From a virus (lineage: Duplodnaviria > Caudoviricetes): a stretch of 64,000 bases of DNA. Each line of letters starts with the position of its first letter. The stretch's first letter is position 1. The notes under the pieces were generated by a model. That model did not search any database. It was not told the origin of the DNA and saw nothing but the letters and a program-made list of their open reading frames with translations. Location: positions 96,001-160,000 of the IMG/VR virus record IMGVR_UViG_3300031420_000495; one strand, given 5' to 3'. The position numbers were made by a program, and so were the translations under genes. This document shows positions 47,830 through 56,394 of this stretch, piece after piece.

Positions 47830-48715
47830 CGACCGTATTGTATAGATTCAAGATTTTCTTGCGATCGATCTTGTCGGGCGTATTGAAAATCGGTCGCAGC
47901 TTTATGTACATGTCGCGGCGGAAGCGAGCAACTGCCTGTTGATCTTCCAGCCAACCGAAATATCCTTTGCCGGCGACCTTCAAACGCTGGTCAGGATTGA
48001 AACCAGCTGGAACACGGACGGTGAGTCGTTCGCCATTGTAGTCTTCGACTTCGATCCATGTGCCGGTGATGAGGTCGAGTGCGTCGATGTTGACGTCGAG
48101 TTCCACGTCACCGGTCGTAATGCCAGCTTCGAAAATCGTGCCGACACTGTTCGCCAGTCCACGGATTCGGAACTTACCCGGATCGATCTTCATGATGAGA
48201 ACCTGGGTCGAACCATCCGACAACGTGTAGCGGCCGCGGTGACCATCAGGCAAACCGCCTGGGACAACGACGTCCAGATGTTCGACGAAGCCGTTTTGTT
48301 TCTGTCGGGAAATACGCCATTCGAAACCACGAGCCGCATCGCGAATCGGAACCTGCATGATGACGTCGGCATTCGGCTGAACGTAGTTTGGATTCCGCGG
48401 GATCGGTCCACCACGTCGGAATGCTTTCATCTGGTCGAGAATGTCGTCGATGGACGGATCAGGTTTGGCTTGCCACGTTCCGCTTGGTGGTTCTGGTTTT
48501 GCCCAACCAGGATTCGGACCAGGACGTGATGGTTGACGATACGGAGCGAAGCCAGTTTTCTCCAGTTCTTCGTAAGCCTCTTTCATCGACTTGAAGACTT
48601 CTTCATTGCCACCACGGTCCGGGTGATGCTTCATCGCCAGCTTGCGATAGGCTTTCTTGATTTCTTCTGCGCCAGCTGAATCGGACAAGCCGAGTATTGC
48701 TCTATAATTTTTCAT
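47792..48715 (-). CDS. DnaJ-class (type II/CbpA-like) co-chaperone
   Basis: [25 protein letters not shown]; C-terminal beta-sandwich with LKVAGKG..DMYI. Confidence 0.9.
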   Translation of the reverse strand: MKNYRAILGLSDSAGAEEIKKAYRKLAMKHHPDRGGNEEVFKSMKEAYEELEKTGFAPYRQPSRPGPNPGWAKPEPPSGTWQAKPDPSIDDILDQMKAFRRGGPIPRNPNYVQPNADVIMQVPIRDAARGFEWRISRQKQNGFVEHLDVVVPGGLPDGHRGRYTLSDGSTQVLIMKIDPGKFRIRGLANSVGTIFEAGITTGDVELDVNIDALDLITGTWIEVEDYNGERLTVRVPAGFNPDQRLKVAGKGYFGWLEDQQAVARFRRDMYIKLRPIFNTPDKIDRKKILNLYNTVGGWEEQNGETSN

Positions 48716-48731
48716 GTTCTTCCAATACGAG

Positions 48732-48752
48732 AAAGGGCTCGTTGAGCCCTTT
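48732..48752. terminator. Intrinsic terminator
   Basis: AAAGGGCTC-GTT-GAGCCCTTT. Confidence 0.75.
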
Positions 48753-48755
48753 TCC

Positions 48756-49133
48756 TTAATTCATTCCAAACGCAGAGCGTTTCACGCGGTGCCGTAGAAC
48801 CTGAAGCAGAAGAAGTGAGCCGCCGTATACAAAGCCGATATAGCTATTTACGTAAACGAATATGGCCAATGTCACAGCAATGCCCAGCACGAGATGCAAG
48901 AACGCCGACACCTGACGGCTGCGAATACGTTCACGCAGCAACAGCTGATCGGAAACGGACAGCCGAGGTTTTCTCACCCACATGATGATCGTGACCAACA
49001 CCATGATGAGGAAGAACCCAGTGCACAGCGTTCCAAGCACGTACATGTAGGCAGGAACATCGGTGTACCAGTACATGTAAATCAGAAACGGCACCAACAG
49101 ATAACTGACAAACACCGATGCTAACTTGCTCAT
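48756..49133 (-). CDS. Membrane protein
   Basis: Four TM helices. Confidence 0.65.
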   Translation of the reverse strand: MSKLASVFVSYLLVPFLIYMYWYTDVPAYMYVLGTLCTGFFLIMVLVTIIMWVRKPRLSVSDQLLLRERIRSRQVSAFLHLVLGIAVTLAIFVYVNSYIGFVYGGSLLLLQVLRHRVKRSAFGMN

Positions 49134-49134
49134 A

Positions 49135-50517
49135 TCATTCCTCGTATTTGAACGCTTTCAGCTCGCGCTTGTACATCGCGTCGGCCGTGTCGGCTTTCAG
49201 GCTGGCCAAGTATTCCTTCAGGTCGACCAGCTTCTTTTCCAGCTCGGCGATCTTGTCCTTGGTCAGGTTCCAGATTTGCATGGATAGCAAACGATCGTAG
49301 TCGGCGAACTTGTTCTGCAGCAGGATTTCGATCAGCTCTTTCTTCGCGGTATCGCGGAACACTTTCATGTTGGCGAGATAGTAGCGGATGAAGCGGATGA
49401 CTTCGCTCTGGAAACGAATTGCTTCGGTCGTGTCGGTAATCAACTTCTGACGACGAACTTCGTAGAAGCTGAGACGCCATGGCACGTACATTTCGATGAC
49501 GGCTTCGGCCGAGTCGTAGCGGAACAGCTTGCCTTCAGGATTCCACATCGTGAAGTTCTCGGTGTCGACCGCGACCAGCTTGAATTTCTTCAGCAGCTCT
49601 TCTTCCGGCAGGACGGTAGTCGAGCGCGGAACTTTGACGGTGAACTCGAATGCTTCTTCAGTCGATGCATCCTGGTAATCGTTGATGAACTCCTCTTCTT
49701 CGAGCTTGTTCAGATGCTCTTTGTATTGGTCGAGGAATGTGCCGATCGGCAGCTCGGTGATCTTGATCGTGGTTGTGTTGACGACCTGCAGCTTGCCGGT
49801 CATGACGACGCGGCCGGTTTCTTTCTGACGTTCAACAGTACCGTGGAAACCACGGAACCAAGGCACGAGCGTACCCGGCTTCAGTTTCTTGCCGTCGAGA
49901 ACTTTCAGCACTGCATCGCGGATTTGTTCCGGATGATAGGACTTGATTTCGCACGAGTGGCCGGTGCCGATACCAGTTGCACCGTTGATCAGCGCGATCG
50001 GAAGGATTGGCAGATAGAACTTTGGCTCGATCTGCTCGCCATCGACTTCGTGATGTTCCAGAATCGCGTCATCTTCTTTCTTGAAAAGCTGACGGAAATA
50101 CTTGGACATGTACGTGTTGATGTAACGACCTGCGCCGGCTTCTTTCGTCAGACGCGAACCGAACTGGCCTTCAGGCACGAACAGGTTCATGTTGTTCGCA
50201 CCTGGATAGCGAGTTGCAGCAAGGCCGACGATGGTCGACATCATCGATGTGGCGCCATGGTGGTAGTCGGTCTTTTGCGCGATGTACGAAGCGAGACGTT
50301 CGACTTGCAGTTCGCCGGCGTTTTCGCCGCGGTCGAGCGTACCATAGATTGCTTTACGCTGCGATGGCTTCAGACCGTCGCATGCAGGAATGGAACGCAC
50401 GTTGTCATACAGCGAGAACGTCTTGAACGCGGAGTTGAAGAAGTTGCTGACGCGGATGGACTGGCGCGTTGTGCTCCCGTAGTTCGGGACTTTGGTGACA
50501 GGTTTTTTAGTTTTCAT
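49135..50517 (-). CDS. DNA topoisomerase II, GyrA/gp52-like subunit
   Basis: DGLKPSQRK, YHHG, GRY catalytic tyrosine, GIGTG. Confidence 0.95.
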   Translation of the reverse strand: MKTKKPVTKVPNYGSTTRQSIRVSNFFNSAFKTFSLYDNVRSIPACDGLKPSQRKAIYGTLDRGENAGELQVERLASYIAQKTDYHHGATSMMSTIVGLAATRYPGANNMNLFVPEGQFGSRLTKEAGAGRYINTYMSKYFRQLFKKEDDAILEHHEVDGEQIEPKFYLPILPIALINGATGIGTGHSCEIKSYHPEQIRDAVLKVLDGKKLKPGTLVPWFRGFHGTVERQKETGRVVMTGKLQVVNTTTIKITELPIGTFLDQYKEHLNKLEEEEFINDYQDASTEEAFEFTVKVPRSTTVLPEEELLKKFKLVAVDTENFTMWNPEGKLFRYDSAEAVIEMYVPWRLSFYEVRRQKLITDTTEAIRFQSEVIRFIRYYLANMKVFRDTAKKELIEILLQNKFADYDRLLSMQIWNLTKDKIAELEKKLVDLKEYLASLKADTADAMYKRELKAFKYEE

Positions 50518-50529
50518 GTGTCCATTTTA

Positions 50530-50694
50530 TCATTGCCCTGAGTTAGGCTCGTTTTCTTTTTCTTCGTCGAGAGACGACAGCTCGCGCTTCGGCTTCTGCT
50601 GTTCCTTCAGCTTCTTGATGTTCTTGAAGTTCAGCAAGCCCAGGACGGAAATGACGATGATGATGTAACACAATACGAGAATGAGGGCTCTCAT
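50530..50694 (-). CDS. Small membrane protein
   Basis: Start MRALILV. Confidence 0.55.
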   Translation of the reverse strand: MRALILVLCYIIIVISVLGLLNFKNIKKLKEQQKPKRELSSLDEEKENEPNSGQ

Positions 50695-51020
50695 TCGATG
50701 ACCTTTATGGTTGTCCTGAGTTCGAACTCGACGGGCTTGACGTGAATGACCTTGAAGGTTTTCTTCTGGTGGTGTTCCAGAATCCAAGCGTTCAATGCGG
50801 CTTCGTTGTCGAAGTAGATGTACGACAGGTAATTCATCGTCGAGTAGCTAGGGCCAGAACGTTCATCGCCATAGCCGTCATCGTATCGCATTGACTCGTT
50901 GCAGAGGACGGCGAAATGCGCACCCTCCGGAATTTTGGAAACTTCGCTTGCCGGATGCGTCGAATTGTAGATGAAGCGGTGACGTTCGGCTTCTGCTTTG
51001 CGCTGTTCATCAGCGTTCAT
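50691..51020 (-). CDS. Hypothetical protein
   Basis: AAGGA RBS. Confidence 0.65.
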   Translation of the reverse strand: MNADEQRKAEAERHRFIYNSTHPASEVSKIPEGAHFAVLCNESMRYDDGYGDERSGPSYSTMNYLSYIYFDNEAALNAWILEHHQKKTFKVIHVKPVEFELRTTIKVIE

Positions 51021-51040
51021 GTTCTGTCCTTATAATGAAG

Positions 51041-51057
51041 AAAGGGGCCGAAGCCCC
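51041..51057 (-). terminator. Intrinsic terminator, UUCG loop
   Basis: GGGGC-TTCG-GCCCC-TTT on the minus strand. Confidence 0.7.
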
Positions 51058-51063
51058 GTTGCC

Positions 51064-51240
51064 TTACTTGGCCTTGCGGCGTTGTTTCGGCTTGCCGTAG
51101 CCGCGACGCTCTGCGCACTGCTTCTTGCGCTCGTCGGTGAACACATTCGTGTCCGCGTCCGTGGTCAGCCTGTTGGCGAAGACCGACTTGCCCATCGACT
51201 TGAGCAGCTTGGTTGCGTACATTTCGTTTTCGTTCGACAT
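51064..51240 (-). CDS. Small basic protein (not in ORF track)
   Basis: Manual translation MSNENEMYATKLLKSMGK..QRRKAK. Confidence 0.55.
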   Translation of the reverse strand: MSNENEMYATKLLKSMGKSVFANRLTTDADTNVFTDERKKQCAERRGYGKPKQRRKAK

Positions 51241-51257
51241 AGTGTTCCCTTATAAAA

Positions 51258-51587
51258 TTAAAGTTGGGTGGCAATGAATGCCCAGACAAATTTACAGCTC
51301 AGGTGAATCGCTTGGTCCACGTGCAAAGAGATTTTGTTCTCGCACTTGAACCAATCAGTAATTCCGTGAATGACGGTCTCGGCTATTGCAAGCCAGAGCG
51401 AACCAGTCAAGAAGAGAACAAATCCTCCGTGAATGATCGCGTGCGCAGGCAATGCGTGCATCCAAAACATTTTGCCGACAGGGGTGTTGCGGTTCTTGGC
51501 CGTAGCCAAGAACTCACCCTGTAGCGGATAATCAGCTAACGCGTGGGCAAAGACCAGAGCGAATAGCAGTGTTGCGAAGTCCATCAT
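51258..51587 (-). CDS. DUF3307-like membrane protein
   Basis: HALADYPLQ..HAIIH..HGITDWFK..DQAIH. Confidence 0.75.
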   Translation of the reverse strand: MMDFATLLFALVFAHALADYPLQGEFLATAKNRNTPVGKMFWMHALPAHAIIHGGFVLFLTGSLWLAIAETVIHGITDWFKCENKISLHVDQAIHLSCKFVWAFIATQL

Positions 51588-51803
51588 TTCTCTAACTCTT
51601 CCAAACGTTTCAGCGCAGCTTCAAGCTGTTCAGTCAGTATTGCATTCGCTTCACGCTCAGATGCGAGCGTGGCGATTGCTTCGTGATTGACCAGTTCAAT
51701 CGCTTTGTAGTTGTTTATCTCAGCGCGCAGATATACCATCTGCGCTTCGAGCGACTTAACCAAACTAGCGTATGCACTGCAGCGTTTGCAAGGTGAGGTC
51801 ATT
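51584..51803 (-). CDS. Coiled-coil hypothetical protein (start uncertain)
   Basis: ORF after the promoter at 51801. Confidence 0.5.
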
Positions 51804-51829
51804 ATACACGAGTTCCTTAGGATTGCACA
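51801..51829 (-). promoter_or_regulatory. Promoter TGTGCA-N17-TATAAT
   Basis: Read directly; overlaps the topoisomerase stop. Confidence 0.7.
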
Positions 51830-53805
51830 ATGAATTCTTCGAAGTCCGCAGCCGGAGTTTCCAGCCACGATTTGCGGTCATCAGCACGCGAGCTGTTGAA
51901 AGCCAGATCGATTGCTTGCTTGTCTTCTTCGTCTTCCATCGTGACCTTGAACAGATACTTGTCCAGGTTCTCGAGGAACGCGGCAAACTGCGGGGTCTTC
52001 CAGGACGACAGGCCTTTGTAATACTTCATCGACCATTTCAGCTTCGCGCCAGCACTGGCTTCCCATTCGCGGAATTCGCGTTCGGTGAAGAACTCGAGTT
52101 CGGTCTTGTCCTTCAGCGTGACCAGAATAACCGGCGTACGCAGAATGTGGACGAAGCCCATGTCGAACAGTTCAGGCCAGAAGTGATCGATGACGTTCAT
52201 CAACAGACCACAGATGTGGAATCCGTCGACGTCGGCGTCAGCTGCAACCGCCAGCTTACCGAAGCGCAGTTCAGACAGCGAACGAACCGGCACACCGATC
52301 TGCAGGCCGATGATCGTCAGAATCTTCTGAATCTCGTTCGGCTCAACTTTCTTGCCGACCTTATCAGCTTCTTTCTTCTTGTCAAGACCCAACACACGTG
52401 CGATGTCTTTCTCGCGAACGTTCAGCGGTTTACCCTTCAGCGCGAACGAAGCGATGTACGGATTCTTGCCACGACCACCTTGAATCGACTTCGCAGCCGA
52501 ATCACCCTCTGCGAGGAACAGCACGCACTTGTGACGCTGTACGGTTTCCATTGCATCGGAGAACTTGCTGACTTTGCGTGGGTCCGCTTTGCCGAGTTCC
52601 TTGTTGTTTTTGCGCAAGTCCTTCATCAGCTCGGCTTGCTCTTTCGCTGCCGCCCAATCCAGGATCGATTGGATAATGTCCGTCTTCAGCAGCTTGGTGA
52701 TGAACTTCTCTGGGCAACGCCAGGTAGTTTTCCATTCGCTTGCCGGCGAAATCATGTTCTCTTTCGTCTGCGAACTGAAGCGCGGACGATTGATGTTGGC
52801 GCTGATGTAGATGCGCATGTGGCCACGGATGTCACCAGGCGAAACGTCGATCTTGTGTTTCTTCTTGATGGCCGCACGAACTTCATCGACGATCTGGTTG
52901 ATGCAGTAAGTGATGTGCGTACCGCCTTGATACGTTTCAACCGAGTTCACGAAGCTGATCTGCTCGAAGCCGTCGGACTTGGACACACCAACTTTCCAGT
53001 CAGGCGTATCGTCGTAGACGTATTCGTCCGTGTACATCGCGATGTAGTCGCTGAAGTCACGGGTCATGATCCGTTCGCCATTCACATAGAACTTGACTTT
53101 CGGATTTGTTGCCGCAGCATCAACAACTTTCTTGATGATCTTCAGCTTGTGGTCTTCGTCGAGCTTGTAGTGGCCAGCACTGTTGCGATCGATTTCACCC
53201 ATCTTGAAGAACGCGTAGTCAGGTGTGAACGTGATCTTCGTGTAGTTCTTGTCGTGTGCTTTGATTTTCGGATCGCTGATTTCCCGCATGCCGTTCTTGA
53301 ATTCTTGCTTCAGCAATTTCTTGCCGTCGCATGATTCGATCTTGAACGAGGTCGAGAGAACGTTGGTCAACGTCGAACCAACACCGTTCGTGCCGATCAA
53401 CTGTTGATCTTCTTCATCGTTGAAGTTCGAACCAGCTCGCAGATTGGAGAACACCGTCTCGGCAATGTACTTACCGGTTTGCGGGTGAATCTCGACAGGG
53501 ATACCGCGGCCGTTGTCTTGCACGGAGATGGAACCGTCATCGTTGATTTCGACGCGGATCGAATCGAGAACGTCAGGTGCACGGCGGCTTTCGTCGATTG
53601 CATTGTCCAGAATCTCCGAGAAGATTTTGACGAATGCTGGGATGACGCTGATTTCACGCAGCTCCATCCGTTTCGTGTCGACGTTATAGATGTATTCTTT
53701 CTGAGTTTGCACAGACGTCGAGCCGGCGTACATGCCGGTTCGTTTGCGGATGTGCTCAATCTCGTCGAGAACTTGATATGTTTGGGAGTGTGTTTTTGTA
53801 ATCAT
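51817..53805 (-). CDS. DNA topoisomerase II, GyrB/gp39+60-like subunit
   Basis: EILDNAID, DNGRGIP, GTNGVG, EGDSA, LKGKPLN, DADVDG, YYKGL. Confidence 0.96.
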   Translation of the reverse strand: MITKTHSQTYQVLDEIEHIRKRTGMYAGSTSVQTQKEYIYNVDTKRMELREISVIPAFVKIFSEILDNAIDESRRAPDVLDSIRVEINDDGSISVQDNGRGIPVEIHPQTGKYIAETVFSNLRAGSNFNDEEDQQLIGTNGVGSTLTNVLSTSFKIESCDGKKLLKQEFKNGMREISDPKIKAHDKNYTKITFTPDYAFFKMGEIDRNSAGHYKLDEDHKLKIIKKVVDAAATNPKVKFYVNGERIMTRDFSDYIAMYTDEYVYDDTPDWKVGVSKSDGFEQISFVNSVETYQGGTHITYCINQIVDEVRAAIKKKHKIDVSPGDIRGHMRIYISANINRPRFSSQTKENMISPASEWKTTWRCPEKFITKLLKTDIIQSILDWAAAKEQAELMKDLRKNNKELGKADPRKVSKFSDAMETVQRHKCVLFLAEGDSAAKSIQGGRGKNPYIASFALKGKPLNVREKDIARVLGLDKKKEADKVGKKVEPNEIQKILTIIGLQIGVPVRSLSELRFGKLAVAADADVDGFHICGLLMNVIDHFWPELFDMGFVHILRTPVILVTLKDKTELEFFTEREFREWEASAGAKLKWSMKYYKGLSSWKTPQFAAFLENLDKYLFKVTMEDEEDKQAIDLAFNSSRADDRKSWLETPAADFEEFIVQS

Positions 53806-53829
53806 TTAGGGTATTATATCACAACTGAA

Positions 53830-54039
53830 TTACGGAATGCAACGATAGCTTCGACCACAATATGACATGTCATAATCGAAATCTTCGATCGGCCCATCGT
53901 AGTTATACCCATTGCCGCATGAGCGGCAGGTAGCCCGAACACGGAGATACAGTCCGTCTGGAAGTTCAACGCTGTCTGGGTCAAATGGTTCTTTAGGTTG
54001 GACTTGATTGTCCGGATGGCGGTTGCTTGTGAGTTTCAT
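53830..54039 (-). CDS. Small zinc-finger-like protein
   Basis: CRSC..CGRSYRC. Confidence 0.55.
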   Translation of the reverse strand: MKLTSNRHPDNQVQPKEPFDPDSVELPDGLYLRVRATCRSCGNGYNYDGPIEDFDYDMSYCGRSYRCIP

Positions 54040-54277
54040 TTTCACTACCTTTGGCGTCAAGTATTGCCATGTCTGCTAACTGATCTTGTGCGTTGTCAAG
54101 TTCGTTGGAATCCAAGAGGCGATACTTGATCCACTTGGTGCCGTCTTTTATGAATGTCCAACCAACGGTTTCGCTTTCGCGGCGAAGATCGATAGCGACA
54201 TCGGGATTGATCTGTAGCAACGTCAGACCATTGAGGTCAGGTCGAAGTTGCGCAAGCGGGTCAATGATGTAGTGCAT
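53993..54277 (-). CDS. Hypothetical protein (start uncertain)
   Basis: After the promoter at 54281. Confidence 0.5.
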   Translation of the reverse strand: MHYIIDPLAQLRPDLNGLTLLQINPDVAIDLRRESETVGWTFIKDGTKWIKYRLLDSNELDNAQDQLADMAILDAKGSENETHKQPPSGQSSPT

Positions 54278-54280
54278 TTG

Positions 54281-54309
54281 ATTATACCAGAGTTGTTTCC
54301 GTGTGTACA
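54281..54309 (-). promoter_or_regulatory. Promoter TGTACA-N17-TATAAT
   Basis: Read directly. Confidence 0.72.
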
Positions 54310-54314
54310 TAAAA

Positions 54315-54338
54315 ATAAAGGACCCGAAGGTCCTTTAT
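54315..54338. terminator. Intrinsic terminator, UUCG loop
   Basis: ATAAAGGACC-CGAA-GGTCCTTTAT. Confidence 0.8.
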
Positions 54339-54360
54339 CTATTCTTCTACTGCTTCCGAA

Positions 54361-54633
54361 TTAACGGCTGCACTGGTAGTGGCTGTAACCACGGTTACGG
54401 CAGTCATCGTAACGGCGGTCACGGCGGTCGTCACGACGATCGCGGTCGGAGTTGGCTCCGATCACACCACCGATGACTGCACCAGCAGCCGTTGCTCCAG
54501 TGGAGCCGTTACCAACCACGTTACCCAACACGCCGCCAACTGCAGCGCCGGTGAGGATACGGTTGTCGTGGTCAGAAGCGCAGCCCGTCAGGGTTGCTGC
54601 TGCCAATGCTACTGCGGCGATATAGGTACGTAT
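54361..54633 (-). CDS. Glycine-zipper lipoprotein with an apparent ATA start codon
   Basis: AAGGAG-7nt-ATA CGT ACC; lipobox LTGC; GAAVGGVLG..GAAAGAVIGGVIG. Confidence 0.7.
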   Translation of the reverse strand: MRTYIAAVALAAATLTGCASDHDNRILTGAAVGGVLGNVVGNGSTGATAAGAVIGGVIGANSDRDRRDDRRDRRYDDCRNRGYSHYQCSR

Positions 54634-54650
54634 GTTGTTTCTCCTTGAAA

Positions 54651-55022
54651 TTACTTCTGGTCGAGTTTGTCTTTCGAATCGTCGTTGTTTGGACGAGTCG
54701 TTTTCTGGTCGCCATCGGTAGTGGCGTCTTTTGCTGCCTGTGGAACTTCAGCTGCACCGTCTTTCACCTTGTCGGCGAGATGAGCTGCGCCGTCTTTGGT
54801 TTTGTCGATGATGCTGTGTGCACCTGCGCGGCCGTCAGCTTCAACGGAACGTGGTGTGTCGTTCTTCCCGTTCAGGAAGAAGTATGCTGCGACAGCGAGC
54901 AGCACAACGATCACGATTGCGCCGATGCCGAAGCCGGCTTTCTTTTCGACGACGGTCGTGTTGGTTTCGCGGGTTACGCGGTTGCGACGCAGATCGTCGT
55001 CATCACGGTTATTGTAATCCAT
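54651..55022 (-). CDS. Single-pass membrane protein with LEA-like repeats
   Basis: TM helix, then KTKDGAAHLADKVKDGAAE. Confidence 0.7.
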   Translation of the reverse strand: MDYNNRDDDDLRRNRVTRETNTTVVEKKAGFGIGAIVIVVLLAVAAYFFLNGKNDTPRSVEADGRAGAHSIIDKTKDGAAHLADKVKDGAAEVPQAAKDATTDGDQKTTRPNNDDSKDKLDQK

Positions 55023-55033
55023 AATTACCTCTT

Positions 55034-55600
55034 TTAGTTAGTTGAAGTGCTTGTTGAAGATGAATCGCTGTTTGCCGGTGTTGCTGGCAAATCTTGACTG
55101 TCGTCAGTGTTGTGATTGCGTTCGCGAGGAATCAGCGGTGCATCTACTGGTGCCGTCGCATCCTTTGCTGCGTTGGCCGCATCACGAGCTTCTTTCGCTT
55201 CTCGTGCACGACGTTCTGCAGCGCGAGCCGCTTCACGTGCTTCATCTGCCGCGCGACGTGCTTCGTACGAAGCGGAGTCAGGCAGACTTGGCGAAGGCGT
55301 CAACACAGGTGCTGGCGCCGGAACTGTTGGAACAACTACCGTGTCGGGAACCGGTTGCTGAACAATAACAGTCGATGGTACTACTGGTTGCCCTGGAACC
55401 ATAAAACTTTGTGGTTGTTCACGGAATGCCCAGTAGAGAATTGCGAGCAGAGCTAGAACAACAATAAGAACGATTGCCACTGTTGTACCAGTTGAGCTTC
55501 GCTCAACATAGTCGCGATTCGTCGTATACCGCTCACGGCGAATTTCGCGTCGTGTAACTTCATCGAAGTTACGGTCGTCGTCATCATAATTCATGGTCAC
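55034..55600 (-). CDS. Single-pass membrane protein, Pro- and Ala/Arg-rich
   Basis: TM helix; GGAGG RBS; TAAATA at about 55634. Confidence 0.7.
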   Translation of the reverse strand: MTMNYDDDDRNFDEVTRREIRRERYTTNRDYVERSSTGTTVAIVLIVVLALLAILYWAFREQPQSFMVPGQPVVPSTVIVQQPVPDTVVVPTVPAPAPVLTPSPSLPDSASYEARRAADEAREAARAAERRAREAKEARDAANAAKDATAPVDAPLIPRERNHNTDDSQDLPATPANSDSSSTSTSTN

Positions 55601-55664
55601 CTCCTATAAGCCACACTGTTGTGACATTGACATATTTATAGGAGAGTCACCAACTCCTACGTAT

Positions 55665-56225
55665 TTATACCAGGCGGAACGACTTCAGGAAGGCGATGAA
55701 CTCGGCTTCGACCGAACCGTTTTCGTAGCGGGTCACTTCGCCGGATTCGCTGGTATACTCCCAACCTTTGATGGATTCGTTCTTCTTGCGACGGAAGATC
55801 GCATCGAACCAGCTTGGGGTTATGAAGTCGACGTACTGCTTCGCGTTGAAATACTTTTCAGGCACGACAACTGCAGCAGCGGTCGCAGCGTTGTTCAAAC
55901 TTTGCTCGTCTTCGTGAAAGATGGTGATCGGCAATTCGATACCAGCGTTCACGAAATACTTCAGCTTCTCGTAAACTTCTTCGACACCGGCAGAGTTCAG
56001 CGCGTTGCAGATTATGATCGTCTTGTCGCGTTTGCACCACGTATCGTAGATGACGCGTGGTTCAGTGATCGGCGGAATCTTGTACACCATTTTCTGTGCG
56101 ATCAGATCGGCATGCATCTGGCTCACAGCATGAGCAGTTTGCAATCCACTTTGCAATGGACTGATATACAAACCGGCAACAAACGAGTAGAAGCGATATG
56201 CTGGGCGAATTGGTTGTGGAGTCAT
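55665..56225 (-). CDS. Peptidyl-tRNA hydrolase 2 (Pth2)-like protein
   Basis: QSGLQTAHA..W..KTIII..FHED..LNNAATAAA; start MTPQP. Confidence 0.65.
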   Translation of the reverse strand: MTPQPIRPAYRFYSFVAGLYISPLQSGLQTAHAVSQMHADLIAQKMVYKIPPITEPRVIYDTWCKRDKTIIICNALNSAGVEEVYEKLKYFVNAGIELPITIFHEDEQSLNNAATAAAVVVPEKYFNAKQYVDFITPSWFDAIFRRKKNESIKGWEYTSESGEVTRYENGSVEAEFIAFLKSFRLV

Positions 56226-56316
56226 GAATTGTCCTAACGAAAGAAAGATTGTAACATGAAAATTTTGGTGGAACAACAAGTATGTAACACGATGTTTCAG
56301 TATCACAACAACACAC

Positions 56317-56350
56317 AAAATTATAGCATTAGCTGACAAATAAGAAAAGG
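56317..56350 (-). repeat. Terminator-adjacent repeat, copy 3
   Basis: 34 bp reverse complement of 20959-20992. Confidence 0.85.
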
Positions 56351-56371
56351 CCCGAACGTGTCGGGCCTTTT
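56345..56371. terminator. Bidirectional intrinsic terminator
   Basis: AAAAGGCCCGA-ACGTG-TCGGGCCTTTT. Confidence 0.85.
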
Positions 56372-56394
56372 CTCGAGTGTATGTGCGACGAGGA

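Noticed and set aside
51772-53334. 520 aa plus-strand ORF
   Set aside because: Antisense shadow of the topoisomerase gene caused by codon bias; no RBS or motifs
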